DNA of 64,000 nt, taken from positions 23,002,001 to 23,066,000 of the forward strand of contig NC_043016.1 in the NCBI RefSeq assembly GCF_006345805.1, in the 5' to 3' direction. The stretch is from Octopus sinensis. Lineage: Eukaryota. Positions within the stretch are counted from its first letter, which is position 1. Every line of letters starts with the position of its first letter. Of this stretch, positions 1-12,713 are shown piece by piece. The notes beneath the pieces are model-generated. The model was not told the DNA's origin. It saw only the letters and a list, made by a program, of their open reading frames with translations, and did not search any database. Made by a program: the position numbers and the translations under genes.

Positions 1-73
1 CCGTCTATCAAACAGAAAAGATCCAAACCGTCAACTGAGAGTTCTACTGTGACGTTTTGAAGTGTCTGAGGGA

Positions 74-227
<154 letters not shown>

Positions 228-228
<1 letters not shown>

Positions 229-468
229 AAGGTTGGCCAAAAGTCACCTGACAGTAAATAAAAAACCCCATCAAATTCCAAGATTAGAAAAAAGAAATTA
301 ATTTATAAGGGACTTTGCTAATAAATAGACACGTGTTGGAAAAGAAACGGTGATTTAACTCATAGCATTCAATTATTAAACATTCGTAACTGGAATGAAT
401 AAATAAATTTGATTATCAAGTATGTATGGAATTTTGATTTACTGTCGGATGACTTTTGGCCAACCCTG
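228..468. mobile_element. Tc1/mariner-type MITE
   Basis: About 32-bp TIR: ggttggccaaaagtcacctgacagtaaat versus atttactgtcggatgacttttggccaaccctg; TA flanks. Confidence 0.75.
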
Positions 469-3099
469 TATATTAGTTTTTTTTACTGGTTATTGGACTG
501 CATCCACGCTAAGGTACCGCCATCAAAAGGTTCAATCGCGTATATTGATCCAAGTAATTATTTCTAAATTTGGTACTATTTTATCAATAGGTATTTGCCG
601 AACAGCTATGTTACGCTACAAGTGATAAACACTCGTTTCCGATTGACTTTCAAACTGTTTCATAACATTACTGGCTGCAGACCCAGTGCCCTTTCTACAA
701 AAAGTCCTCTGTTCATCGTTGAGTCTCCATATCACCTCCAGTTAGTGATATTAGGTATTTTTTCTCTTCTTTGTACCAAGACCGTGGAGAACATTAGCCA
801 TTAATGCAACAATGTATAAATTCAGGAATATCTGCCAAGTAAAAATTGTTGGAATACCTATTGCCACTGTTATAAACCAAATAAAAATCAGTTAGTTCTG
901 AATCTGGTAGGCATTCTAGCGTTTCTCCACTCGGTCGCTTTTAATTTACCTTGTCCTACATATATTTATTTGTCCCAGTTTATTGTATTGTATAATGTAG
1001 TAAAGAAAAGACAATCAAACAAACCAGAGTTTCAGAAAGTCAACTTGTCAGTTAAACCTCTGAAACTATCTCTTTTGGAACAATAAGGAGCTAAAACATT
1101 GTTGTAGATGAACAATGGAACAGTTTCCCCTTTTAACATTGTTTGTACGTTCCAAAAAAATGCACTAAAGATAACATACTAATTCAATTTATAAAGTCAT
1201 GTTTTTATTTACGTTTGTGGTAATTCTCAATCATTTTATGACGTTATTGAGAATCAAATACAAATATGGTCTTTTATTAAATTATCTAAAAGGCACTTGA
1301 CAATCCGCTCCAAAATAAAACTTCGTAATTTTTACGTTTATTTAAACCTGTTCAATTTTCAATACAGTATAATAAATTCATTGAAAAGAATTACTAATTA
1401 TTCAACCTCGTTTGTTTCACGAACGTTACCCAATATATAATCTGAAGTCTCCCAGTATACAGTTTCTGTTTATTGTTTGCTTAATGTAGAAGACAACACT
1501 TAAAATATAAAACAATGGAAAGTAAAGAACGAAATGCTATTTAATAGATAATAAATTTACATTTCTAATGCAGAGGCTGTTCGACCTTAATACATTTAAA
1601 GCTTCCAAAAGTAACTCCACGGTTTCGATATATTGGAGTGCAAAATGGTTCCTAGAGGAACACTTATTGCCCCAGAAGAGATAGCTTCAGAGGCTTAAGG
1701 TTGAAAAAAGAAAAAGGAAAGAGAAAACGGTTGAAAGTAAATTTAACGCAGAACACAATTCTTTTTTGTCATCATTTGATTCCATTTGGTTTCCATTGAA
1801 TCAGGGATTGAAATTATCATGCGATTCATTAGGGTACGTCATTATGAATGCAACTTCAGCACGACCTACAATTAAAAAAAATTGCAAATCCGAAATCACC
1901 GGTTCATCAGTTTCCTAAAACAATGTGACGAGCTTCCACACAGTTTCCGTCGACCAATTCCACAGAAAATTGGTCGACCTGAAGCTACACTAGAAGTCAT
2001 TCCCAATGTGGCATTCAGTAGAATCGAATCTGAGCAGATACCTCAGTTGTTCCATCTAAATTTCTTTCTTTAATAAAGAAATTCCTACGTTATCGGGGAA
2101 AAAAGATAATTTTTAATATGCTTTACCTGCTAATCGACACCCAACCAACACGTGGAACCGAGAACGAGTTGGGTGGGAGGCCTCAATATGATTAGTCGAC
2201 CTGCTAGAAATAACAGCAAAAATCTCACTGTTCACACACCGCAGACGTTTTATTAAGTAGAAGATACACTGAACAATATAGTCCAATATATTCCAAAAAT
2301 ATCGAGATTAGGATATTTTAAAAAATTGTTCAAACTTTATTTCTTTAATTACTTCCTACCCTGCTTTCAGAATAATAGCACCTGCCTGGAATTAAAAAGG
2401 GTAGCTCTTATTTCAGTGGTTCTCTAACTGACGTTACCAGTTCCTGCTGGAAAATTAAGGAAATCTTTTGACCACCTATCTTCATAGATAGGAAAATAAA
2501 ATTTGTTTACGATTAAAGTCTACCAAACAATGTAAACAAGTGAAGCAGTCAAACCATTCAAATCACTACCCCACCCAAATTTTAACCCGTGATTTGGAAG
2601 GTTTAGCTGCTTCATTTCAATGAAATGATAGAATGTCACTGGAGAGGTTTAACTGTGTTACTTGTTTAAATTTTTTCAGGCGGTAAAATATGATTGGAAA
2701 GGTTTAATTGCTTTACATTTTACCATCAGAAATTTAAACGTATGACACAGTTAAACCTTCCCAGTGACATTTTACCAGCTCAAAAACTTTTAACCTATCA
2801 TACAGTTAATCCTCTCAGATCACATTTTACCACCTGAGAAAGAAAAATTAGAAATAAGGGCAAAAACATTAATAATACATTGCTACACTTGCCACCATCA
2901 AAGAAAACATGGTATGGTTATGGCTGGAATGTTTTTGATCTCGAGTTCACTCGTTCAAGCTTGAGCTAAGTAGAACCAGTGAAATAATTTTAAAATATTT
3001 TCAATTAAAATGTTAAACTATTGAATATTTTTAATTAACATTATAGTAAAACTCACAACAATGAAACCATTTAATACTTTAGCTTATTTTTATTTTCAG

Positions 3100-3240
3100 C
3101 CATCACTATTATTCAAAGCTTCAAAATCCAATTCAAAGGATGTAACATCCAAAATGGCCGTTGCGTTTGTAGCAAAGTCTCTGATAACATCAACCCATTT
3201 ACGTATAGCAATCGTGCTAAATGTGAACGGGATTTAAAAG
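3100..3240 (+). CDS. Small Cys-rich EGF-domain protein, internal exon A (xITIIQSFKIQFKGCNIQNGRCVCSKVSDNINPFTYSNRAKCERDLK-G)
   Basis: ttattttcag acceptor, AG|GTAAGA donor, 141 nt, phase 1-1, open, 4 Cys; splices in frame to exon B. Confidence 0.8.
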
Positions 3241-3694
3241 GTAAGAATTATTGTTAATTTCAGTTTCTCCTCATCGCTCAAAAACAAGGTTTCAAAAGAG
3301 ATTTTAAAAATGTATAAAGGATAAATTGTTTGCGAAAACGCAATGGAATCGAACACAGAATCGCATGAGTACGAAACAAACTAACTATGCCTGCTTCAAA
3401 ATTACTTTTTTTTTAAATTTTCTTTCTTAGAACCTAGGGTATATTAAGGCAGCACCTTTAACACGTTCTAAATAAATCTAGCCATAGAAGCTGTTCGGGA
3501 AATAAGCAGAGAGTTAAGAGTGATAAAAGCTTTGCTTCAGCGCAGTTATGTCTTCTATTTAATTCCAAAAGATTGATTACTAAACCTAAAATGAAAAGGT
3601 AGACTAGCCAACTCCTCACCAAGCAGTGCCAGATTAGTCGCTAACGATTTAGCCATCGTGAACGACCTGATACATGATTTTATTTCTCTCTCTC

Positions 3695-3741
<47 letters not shown>

Positions 3742-3799
3742 TAGATAGAAAATTCCTGACCCTCCTACATAATCACTCAAGTATATAAAGTATTATCAC

Positions 3800-4200
3800 C
3801 CGCAAGAACCAACAGGAAACTGAATCAGGTTGCAATTGTCACAATGCGGAATCCTGTCCGCTGGACCAGCAGTGTATGACGAAGTTCATTATATATGGAG
3901 CAGAGGTCTCGGCAACCCTTAATAGCAGTGACACAACCGATAAAAGAACATACGTCGGATTATGTGAAAGAATTTTTTTTTTAAATACCCCCGCCAACCA
4001 CATGGCATCATTCCGCCACAGAAAAGCAAAACCACAAAGTTGGCGAGCCACATTTGCGCCATGAAAGAGAAAAATGTACCATATGTGACCAAATGGAGAA
4101 TAATAGAAATGTCTAAACCATATATGAATGGATCAGATAGATGTATGCTTTGCTCGGCCAAAAGGGCGCAGATTTTATTTAGATTCGAGATTCCAAGCTC
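3800..4200 (+). mobile_element. Penelope-like element GIY-YIG endonuclease remnant
   Basis: CNC..CPLDQQCMTKFIIYGAEV..TYVGLCE and KWRII..KPYMNGSDRCMLC, frameshifted. Confidence 0.8.
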
Positions 4201-4769
4201 GATATTGAACATGTCTGCAGATGTCTGACCAGTAAGGGGAAGCGGCTGACCTCCCCTGTTCGAAGGTTATATTGGACACAGGTTCGTTTGTCATGTAACT
4301 AGCTAGAGGCGATAGCCTCTTGGGGCTAATCAACGGCAGCTTTCGTCCTATATTTATGGACTGCGATATTAGCTTGGCGATAACTATTAATATCCAGTAC
4401 CGCTGCCGTAGTCTTCTTTACAGGGACTTAGAAATAATATTTCTATTCCTGCATAGAATGTTAGCTAGAAAATCTAATAGACAAATTATGTAGTCAGCTA
4501 TTTTCAGTGTCCAACCAGACACGCAGGAACAAAAGGTAACAGTCTTTCATTTTCACCAAAAGAAAGCAGCTTACAATCCAACATTAACTAGATACAGACT
4601 GAAACTATATTTGAACATCGATTATTATTACTCTAAAGCACTGTTTCGCATAGCAATGAGCCAAGTTCAGTAGATAGTAAGGATTGAAAAAAAGACATTG
4701 CCATACTTTACCATAAAATGAAGAGTGCTCGAAATTTTTGAACTTGTCCAACATTATACAGGAAAAAAA

Positions 4770-5075
4770 GTGGAAGCAAATTATTTCAAGAGGAGAAATA
4801 TTTTCATTCATTTTGGCAGGAAGGTTGTGTCTGGGGAGAGTCATTTCCTTTTTGTGCCTTATAATTTTACACACGCACCGGTAAAATTTCCACTTATTCC
4901 TTATATTTATTTTCCTAAAATTTTCGTTGCGTCTTGCAGCCTTTTCAATAGTATTGACTCTGTTCGATTGTTGTTGACACAGTGTTTCGGCTGATATACC
5001 TTCCAGCCTTCATCAGGTGTCTTGGGGAAATTTTGAAACTGGGTTCTCATTCCTAAAGCATTTTTCGATATTATT
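4770..5075 (-). mobile_element. Penelope-associated terminal-repeat fragment carrying a hammerhead; related fragment at about 19560-19770
   Basis: The block gtgtctggggagagtca...ccggtaaaatttccactt...gtcttgca is shared between the two sites. Confidence 0.55.
4976..5021 (-). ncRNA. Degenerate minimal hammerhead ribozyme motif
   Basis: gacac-CTGATGA-a-ggctg-10nt-cagcc-GAAA-cact-gtgtc; stems I and II are perfect but the NUH triplet is lost. Confidence 0.6.
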
Positions 5076-5164
5076 ATTATTATTAGGAAAGACTTCCTAC
5101 CGTCCTCACCCCCACCACCACCCATTTTCTCGCAAAGCATTATTAAAAAAAAATTTTTGCCAAA

Positions 5165-5330
5165 ACCCCACCTTTTCGGATACGGAGATTCCGGAAAATT
5201 GCCAAAAATCGGAATTTTGAAATTTTTTACACTCCTTACTCCTTCCCGCCACAATTTCTTCATTTTTCACTTTTTCCGTAACCCTAACCCTAAAATCCCA
5301 ACCTTAACCCTAACCGTAACCCTAAAAGCT
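5165..5330 (+). repeat. Interspersed repeat with degenerate (TAACCC)n; inverted copy at about 9140-9280
   Basis: ggatacggagattccggaaaattgccaaaaatc...ttcttcatttttcac is present in opposite orientations at the two sites. Confidence 0.8.
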
Positions 5331-5898
5331 TAATTTAGGGTGGGGTGGGATTTAATTATATTTCTATTCCTGCATAGAATGTTATCTAGAAAATCTAATG
5401 GACAATTTATGTAGTCAGGCACAAGTGATTTAGCCATGTGATTCACTCAGACCAGTGACTTTTTCTGCATCTGCCAAAACATCAAACATGACAACATCGA
5501 TACTAGACATTCACTGGTACCAAAAAGCCGAAATATTAGGGACATTAGGTAACATATCCTAAACATACACCTCACACAAAATGAAAAATAGAAGACAGTA
5601 ACCGATTGATAATGATTAATTCTTTCACATTGCTGCTTAAAATTAAAGCCAATGACACCAAAGAAAAGACAGTGTAACATCAACAAATTTCTAAGCCGAC
5701 CTCGGTGTGTATTCACTAAAAAAATATTTAGTATATTTTTAAGCATACTCACGAATAATCATGATTTTTCTATTTGTCCAAAACAAAAAACGAATCTAGC
5801 ACTTTATCAAATGCATTCATGTAAGTGACAAAATAGACAAGAAGTACTTAACAGAAAAGAAAGGCATCAACATACGTTAATTAAACGAACAAACAATG

Positions 5899-7085
5899 CA
5901 TTGGATTGAATTATAGTTTCCAGTATTTGGAAGTAAATTTTAACAACGCATTTCAAACTTCAGATGTTTTAAAATTGAAACGAATGCTTTTGAAAGAGCC
6001 TCGTCTGTCACTCATATTTAAGCAGCACATCATAGTTTAATATCAAAATTTCACTTCCCTAAAATGGATGTGTATATTTGACATGTTGATGTTGTGGGAG
6101 TTTAAGAATGGAAAAAATGCTACAGAAACAGCTGAGAAAATATGCAGTTTTAATGGCCAAAGGTGTCATTGCTGACCGTCAAGTTTGAAATTGGTTTTCA
6201 AAGTTTCATTCCGGATATTTGTCACCGAGAGATCAAATCGGACCAGGACGATCATCGATGAGGATGCTTTAAGAGAATTATTGAAATTCACTCCTCAGAA
6301 AAGTACTCAGGAATTAGCAATTAACTAAAACACATCTTAATCCACTATCTGCTGCCACTTGGAAATAGAAGTCAGCAAGCTGGGTGCTTGGGTTCCCTAT
6401 ACTTGTAAGAATAGGGAAGATCGCTTGTCCATAGCGATAAATCTTATTTCAAGACAGAGAAATGACCCGTTTCTCAATAATATTGCAGGAGGTGAAAAAT
6501 GGATCTTTTATGACTACGTTCAATGCGAAAGGTATTGAAGTTTGATAAGGATAAATCTCTACAACATACCTCAAAAACTGACTTCCATGGAAGGAAGATT
6601 ATACTGTGTGCATGGTGGGATCACTGCAGCATTATTCATTTTGAGTTTTGAAGCCACAATCAAACACTAAATGTCAACATACTCTCAACAACTACAACGT
6701 GTGCATGAAAATCTTTCAAGAAAACGCCCTGCATTCGTCAATAGGAGAAGCATTGTGTTTCACCATGATAACGCAAGACTACTGTCAGCCAGAATTATGC
6801 AGGGTCCATCATTGTCACCAAACCTTGCACCAACTAATTTCCATCTTTTTCGATCTCAACAAAATGTTCTGATAAAAATATTTTCTCAAGTCTATCACGT
6901 GAAAACGTTTGTGAAAAAGTTTCATGTCGAAGCTAGCTGAATTTTGCGTGAGGATAATCAAGAAGCTACCTAAGTGATCACTCAAAATAATGGTAACTAT
7001 ACTGATAATTGAAAATATTTCTTTGTAAAATTTTTTCATGAGTAAAAGTGTTTAGCAAGACCGGAAATTATGACTCAACCCAATA
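5899..7085 (+). mobile_element. Decayed near-full-length mariner (DD34D, Mos1-like) transposon
   Basis: WEFKNGKNATETAEKIC, GEKWIFYD, CAWWD..IIHFE, VFHHDNAR, SPNLAPTNFHLF motifs with stops; TIR remnants attggattga.. and ..tcaacccaata. Confidence 0.88.
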
Positions 7086-8077
7086 GATCAACTGTACGCT
7101 ATTGTGGTTCATACTGTTTTTAGCAAATTCCACTCTTGACAATACAAAATCTGCTCAAAAATTTGCAACACAACCAGATCGACCCGTTAATTACGTACGT
7201 GATTGTAAAGCGTAGCTAAACCGACGGAAATTCTAACAGAAAAGAAGCTAGGACAACTGAGGCTTAGAGTAAATGTCATGTCGTAACAGTATCAACTTAG
7301 TGACAAACATTTTAATATAGCTGAAAAATATAGAGAAACCCCTGCTACTTCGAGATGGCAAATATTTAAGACAAAATTTAGAAGCCTTACGAATACAACA
7401 TATACTTAACCCAATCATTTCTACGATACCTTTTTTTTCAAATTCCACTCTTGAATGACAAACATTTTAATATAGCAGAGGTAACTAATGAAGCTCGTCG
7501 TGAGGGCACCTGGTTGCTCCAGCGAATCACCTTGCCACACCCACGGCAGCGCTACAAGCGGGCAGGCGTGCCTCAAAAGTCACTAGAGAGGTTTCTCAGC
7601 ACTCCAAGACTTTCTACTAATTCGAGTAAAATAATACTGTAACAATTTATTATTGAGTTTCTATTGATTAAATAAAAAACGATTTTTCAAGGTTGTAACT
7701 AAGAAACGGATGCAAAGCAGTAATTAATATGAAAAAAAAAAATTACCTTTCTCTTGTTCATAAAGGAACATTTAAAACGTAGCAGCATAAGTTTTGAAAG
7801 TTGAAGAACAGAATATAGAAAAACGTCTGATACGTCGTGATGGCAAATTTTTAAACTTTTGAAGCCCCACGAATACAGCATAAAATATTTGACTTCATTT
7901 ATTTTTGACAACAGTGTTAGTGTTATACTGTTAGAGAAATTTAGTATTTGGGGGCGAAATTATTGCCAACGAAAGTATAAATAAACACTGCGAGATTCTT
8001 GGCTATTTTCGGTGTCCGAACAGACATATGGGAGACAAAACTAGCAATATTTGAAAATAGATTAGGGAGACGATTCG

Positions 8078-8325
8078 CTCGTCACACTTAGCTAAACCTA
8101 ATCATTAAGCGGGCCCTGGCTCAGATTGATATCCCCTCAGTTCTGGAGCCGTTGGGGTCAGCCATGTCCTTTACTGCCGCAGGTAACTCATTTGAGACAT
8201 CACAGTCTTCGACTCCTTTGCTCCCTCCCACATCCTGGATGCTGCAGTTAATTGGAAGGTTACTGCTTTCGTAAACGAACGGAAGAAAACCCTGAAGTAT
8301 CGCGACCTGATAGCGAACTATTTTT
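8078..8325 (+). mobile_element. CRE-like non-LTR retrotransposon restriction-like endonuclease fragment; continues at 9106-9140, related piece at about 7480-7540
   Basis: LIIKRALAQIDIPSVLEP ... KYRDLIANYF|FQPVAFET, and EARREGTWLLQRITL. Confidence 0.6.
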
Positions 8326-9105
8326 GGATCTTTTCCTTTTGAAGGCCAGAATTCAACACAATTTCTAGTTAACTAAACACTTTAAAACTTCGTATACTGG
8401 TAGAATATGTCAAAAGAAAACATTATTTTCACTTGGCTTTCTTGATAAATTTGTAATTCGTTTGTTTAACGTACTTTAATTTTTCGAATTTTAACCAATC
8501 CTAGCTCTCTTTTGAGCTAAAATCATTTGCTGCGTCTAAAACTGAGACAACATCCTGTAACTAACCCTCCACCCCCAACCCTAAATTTTTTTTTCTTAAT
8601 TGTTAAATTAATTTGTTACGCGTGTAAAAAAAAAAACTAAAGCAATGGAAAATAATTCAAACAATTAACATACAAAATAATTCTATAATTTTATACACAC
8701 GCTTTCCGTACGTATACGGAAAGCGTGTGTTACGGAAAGCGTGTGTATAAAAATTATAGAATTATTTTGTATGTTAATTGTTTAAATTATTTTCCATTGC
8801 TTTAGTTTTTTTTACACTCGTAACAATTAAATTAATTTAACAATTCAGAAAAAAATTTAGGGATAGGGTTAGTTACAGGATGTTGTCTCAGTTTTAGACG
8901 CAGCAAATGATTTTAGCTCAAAAGAGAGCATAGGATTGGTTAAAATTAGAAAAATTAAACTACGTTAAACAAACGAATTACAAATTTATCAAGAAAGCCA
9001 AGTGAAAATGTTTTCTTTTGACACATTCTACCAGTATACGAAGTTTTAAAGTGTTTAGTTAACTAGAAATTGTGTTGAAATCTGGCCTTCAAAAGAAAAA
9101 GATCC
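8326..9105. mobile_element. 780-bp fold-back non-autonomous DNA transposon with an 8-bp TSD
   Basis: Arms are reverse complements from GGATCTTTTC.. to ..AAAAGATCC, centre near 8715; ctattttt is duplicated at 8318-8325 and 9106-9113. Confidence 0.9.
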
Positions 9106-10734
9106 CTATTTTTTCCAACCTGTAGCGTTTGAGACGTTCAGAGGGTGTTAGGGTTTTAGGGTTACGGTTGTAGAAAAAGTGAAAAATGAAGAAATTGTGG
9201 TGGGAAGGAGTAAGGGGGTGTAAAAAGATGTCAAAATTTCGATTTTTGGCAATTTTCCGGAATCTCCGTATCCAAAAAGGAAACCATTCTTTTCTTCTGA
9301 ATGGTGGTGTGGAGTTGCTCAAGCACAATAGTTCCAGCTTCTTGGTACCACACAGATTGTCAAGTGGTACTCAGAGCCCAGTCGGATGGAATTTACATAC
9401 TTGTTAAACAAAGGAGCCGGAAGTGACATCAGCTGAATAATGCAAATTTACTTTTATGGGTGTAAAGACACTGAAGATATTCGACCTGCTAGAAATAGCA
9501 GTCAAATCTCTTTCAAACTACAGTGTCATCTTAAAAAGGAGGACACAATGAATAGTGTTGTCTAATATACACTTTGCTCCAAAAATAAAAGAAAATGAAC
9601 AGATGTAATAGCTCATGTAGTTATACATAATCTTAATAAAAAGAGTCGGTTATCAGAATTCTTTGGTCATAACGCCTGCTCGATCAGCTTTCATTTGGTA
9701 CTAAGCACTATATCAAAGAAGACTTCACAAAATGAGAAATTTGGTACAAGGCTGGCAGTTTTGAGGGTAGGGGACAAATCGATTGCATTGGTCCAGTACT
9801 TGATTACTAACGACACTTGAAGAGTAAAAGGTTAAGTTGACTTAGGCCGGATTTGCACTCTGAACGAAAAGAGCCTGAGAAATACCGCTAACATTTTTGT
9901 CTGATGCACTAAAAATTCTTCTACAGATAAGCAAATTGAACTTTAAAAAACAAATATAAAATGAAAGAAAGTAAGCTTCTAACTTGTTACCTAAAATGCA
10001 AACGTACATTGCGCAAATAGAGAAGAAAAAACAGTAATCAACGATTTCCTCATGAACGGAATCAAAATCAATGCTTTCTAAGGATTTTATTGATGAAAAC
10101 ATGTCTAAGAATATTCAATATTTCCCCATGTTGCAGCATAAAATGTATTGCACTTGTAGGAATTTGAACCCCAACAACAAAATTATCAGTTCATGATCAC
10201 AAGTAAGCTACAACACTGATATGCAATGTTCATTGTGATAGCCCTTCATCTATGGACGATATTACCTGGATAGCAGTCTAGTAGATCTTTACTCTTTGAT
10301 GCGAATCTGCTCCACCCACAACATACTGAACATCAGAAATGTCCCCACTGTTTAATTCTTGGTTTAATGTTGCTTTTGTTGTTCCGCTGAGAAATATTCT
10401 TTTTTCCTTTGAATATAAAATTATCATCAAGATTTGTTTCTGTCACTGAGGCAATCTTGCACAGCACACCAGGTAAGACAATTATATTAGTAATACATCT
10501 GCCAAGGGTTTCCATGGATGGCAGATGTATACATGGCTCATTTTGTTGTAACTATAGACTGAATTTGGTGAAAGTAAGGATTGCTGCAATTTGAAACAAT
10601 ATAGCTGGTTCCAATAATCTGTTGGAAAAACTTTTGGAATATCAACAAAATCTTCATTGAGTAGTCTAGAAGTAGGCTAAAATTGTGCCTTGGGACTGAG
10701 ATAAATCTTTAGTCATTGAAGAAAGTATGAGAAT

Positions 10735-11845
10735 GAACTATATTGCACGGTGGTACCTACTTACAACTAAGTAGACTGGACTGTTGACAGATAAGTGAAT
10801 TCTTCATGGACACAGTACAGTGAACTATAACACACTGTGGAGACTACATTCAACTAGGTAGACTGGACTTTGGACACTTAAATGTGTTGGTCATAGAAAC
10901 GCTACAGGGAAGTATACCACACTGTAGTACCTACTTATAGCTAAGTAGACTGGACTGTTGACAATTGTGTGTGTTGGTCATGGACAACATAGTATAGAGA
11001 ATTATATTACACTGTGGTACCTACTTACAGCCAGGTAAGCTGAACTGTTCACATGTGTGTTTTTCATGGACACAGTACATTGAACTATACCACACCGTGG
11101 TATCGTTTTACAGCTAGGTAGACTGGAGTGTAGACAGTTAAGTGTCTTGGTCATAGATATAGTACAGTGAAGTATACCACACTGTGATACCTATTTACAG
11201 CCAGCTACACTGGACTGTTGACAGTTAAGTGCATTGGTCACAGGCTCAGTATAGTTAACTATATCACACTGTGGCATCTACTTACAGCTAAGTTGACTGG
11301 ATTCTTGACATCTAAATGTGTTGGTCATGGATACAGTACTGTAAACTATACCACATTCTGGTTCCTACTTAGAACTAAGTAGACTTAACTTTTAACATTT
11401 AAGTGTGTTCATCATGGATGCAATTGAATGAACTATACCACACTGTGGTAGCTATTTCCAGCTAGGAAGACTGGACTGTTTATAGTTAAGTGTGTTGGTC
11501 ATGGATACAGTACAGTGAACTATACCACACAGTGGTGCCTACTTTCCACTAAGTAGACTAAACTGTGGAAAGTTAAGTGTGTTGGTCATGGATACTGTAC
11601 AGTGAACAATACCACACTGTGGTACCTACTCGCAGATAGGTAGACTGGACTGTTGACAGTTAAGCATGTTGGTAATGGACACAGTACAGTGAACTATACC
11701 ACACGGTGGTACCTACTTTCCACTAAGTAGACTGGACTGTGGAAAGTTAAATGTGATGGTCATGGACACTGTACAGTGAACAATACCAGACTGGTACCTA
11801 CTTACAGCAAGGTAGAGTGGATTGTAGACAGTTAAGTGTGTTTGT
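10735..11845. repeat. 87-bp minisatellite, about 12.8 copies
   Basis: gaac anchors at 11517, 11604, 11691 and 11778 (87-bp period); first unit at 10735. Confidence 0.93.
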
Positions 11846-11990
11846 CATTCTTGGCATATTAAACAAAAGGGTATTTTAATCAACAGAATATTGAAATAAA
11901 AACTGTTTTAGTTACAGAAATGCAATTTGTCTAAGTTAACAAATGAAGTTTTAAACTTCTACGTATCTCATTTTTGTCTTTCATTTTCAG

Positions 11991-12125
11991 GTGAAGACTG
12001 GTTGTGTCCAAAAGGAAGATGTAAACATGGTGGAAGATGTTGTCAAATAAAACGTCCAGGTGGAAGACGAACATTTAAATGTGAATGCATTGCTACTGGT
12101 TATTATGGGAAAAGATGTGAAAGAA
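11991..12125 (+). CDS. Small Cys-rich EGF-domain protein, exon B, EGF domain (GEDWLCPKGRCKHGGRCCQIKRPGGRRTFKCECIATGYYGKRCER)
   Basis: cattttcag acceptor, GTAAGC donor, 135 nt, phase 1-1; C..CxHGGxC..CxC..GYxGxRC EGF pattern. Confidence 0.9.
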
Positions 12126-12675
12126 GTAAGCCAAATGATAAAATTATTCCCTTGCTTTGCCTGTAGCCTTTTTTTTTTTTTTTATTTCTGCTAACTTTGA
12201 TATAAACTACCTTTTCTTAATAGGAATTATATTGTTTTTTTTTTCACGAGAGAGAGAGAGAGATGTAGTTCCTTTTCTTTAAATCAAGTGCTGATATCAC
12301 TCGAATACTAATATTTAGTAGGGCTATGTTAACAGTATTATAAGTATTCAAGAAAAATCGATGCACTGTGGCCCCTACATTTATAACACATATAGATTAG
12401 CATTGAGAATCCCTATACATGTATTCCTCCAAAAACTGCCTGGTGTACCCAGACTTTAAAGCTGGGTATATTTATCAACTCTGAAGAAAAGTTGATAAAC
12501 AACGGAGAGCAGAAAACTATAGATGTTTTAAGTAGCATATTCACATCAAGTGGATAGATTTGTAAGTTGATCAGCTAACAATATCATTAGAGTGTTGGAT
12601 AAAATCTGTGTTCTAATTTCAAATCCTAACAAGATCAATTTTTCCTTTCATCTTTTCAGGGACAAAAATCCCAGT

Positions 12676-12713
<38 letters not shown>

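Noticed and set aside
1108-1225. First (signal-peptide) exon of the EGF gene
   Set aside because: The hydrophobic ATG-led candidates (MFLFTFV, MEQFPLLTLF) end at phase-0 donors, while exon A needs phase 1. The one phase-1 option (MNNGTVSPFNIV) is a poor signal peptide.
4333-4409. Canonical hammerhead on the minus strand
   Set aside because: Stem II plus GAAA is present, but there is no CUGANGA and no NUH in the right place; kept only as an unexplained structure.
5278-5330. Telomere or chromosome-fusion relic
   Set aside because: Short degenerate TAACCC tracts embedded in interspersed repeats.
10050-10640. Possible coding or retroelement remnant
   Set aside because: Composition looks coding-like, but I could not recognise any motif.
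10735-11845. CRISPR-like array (regular palindromic repeats)
   Set aside because: The whole 87-bp unit repeats with no unique spacers, there are no cas genes, and the context is a eukaryotic intron. The unit is a multiple of 3 but its consensus has stops in all six frames, so it is not a coding repeat either.
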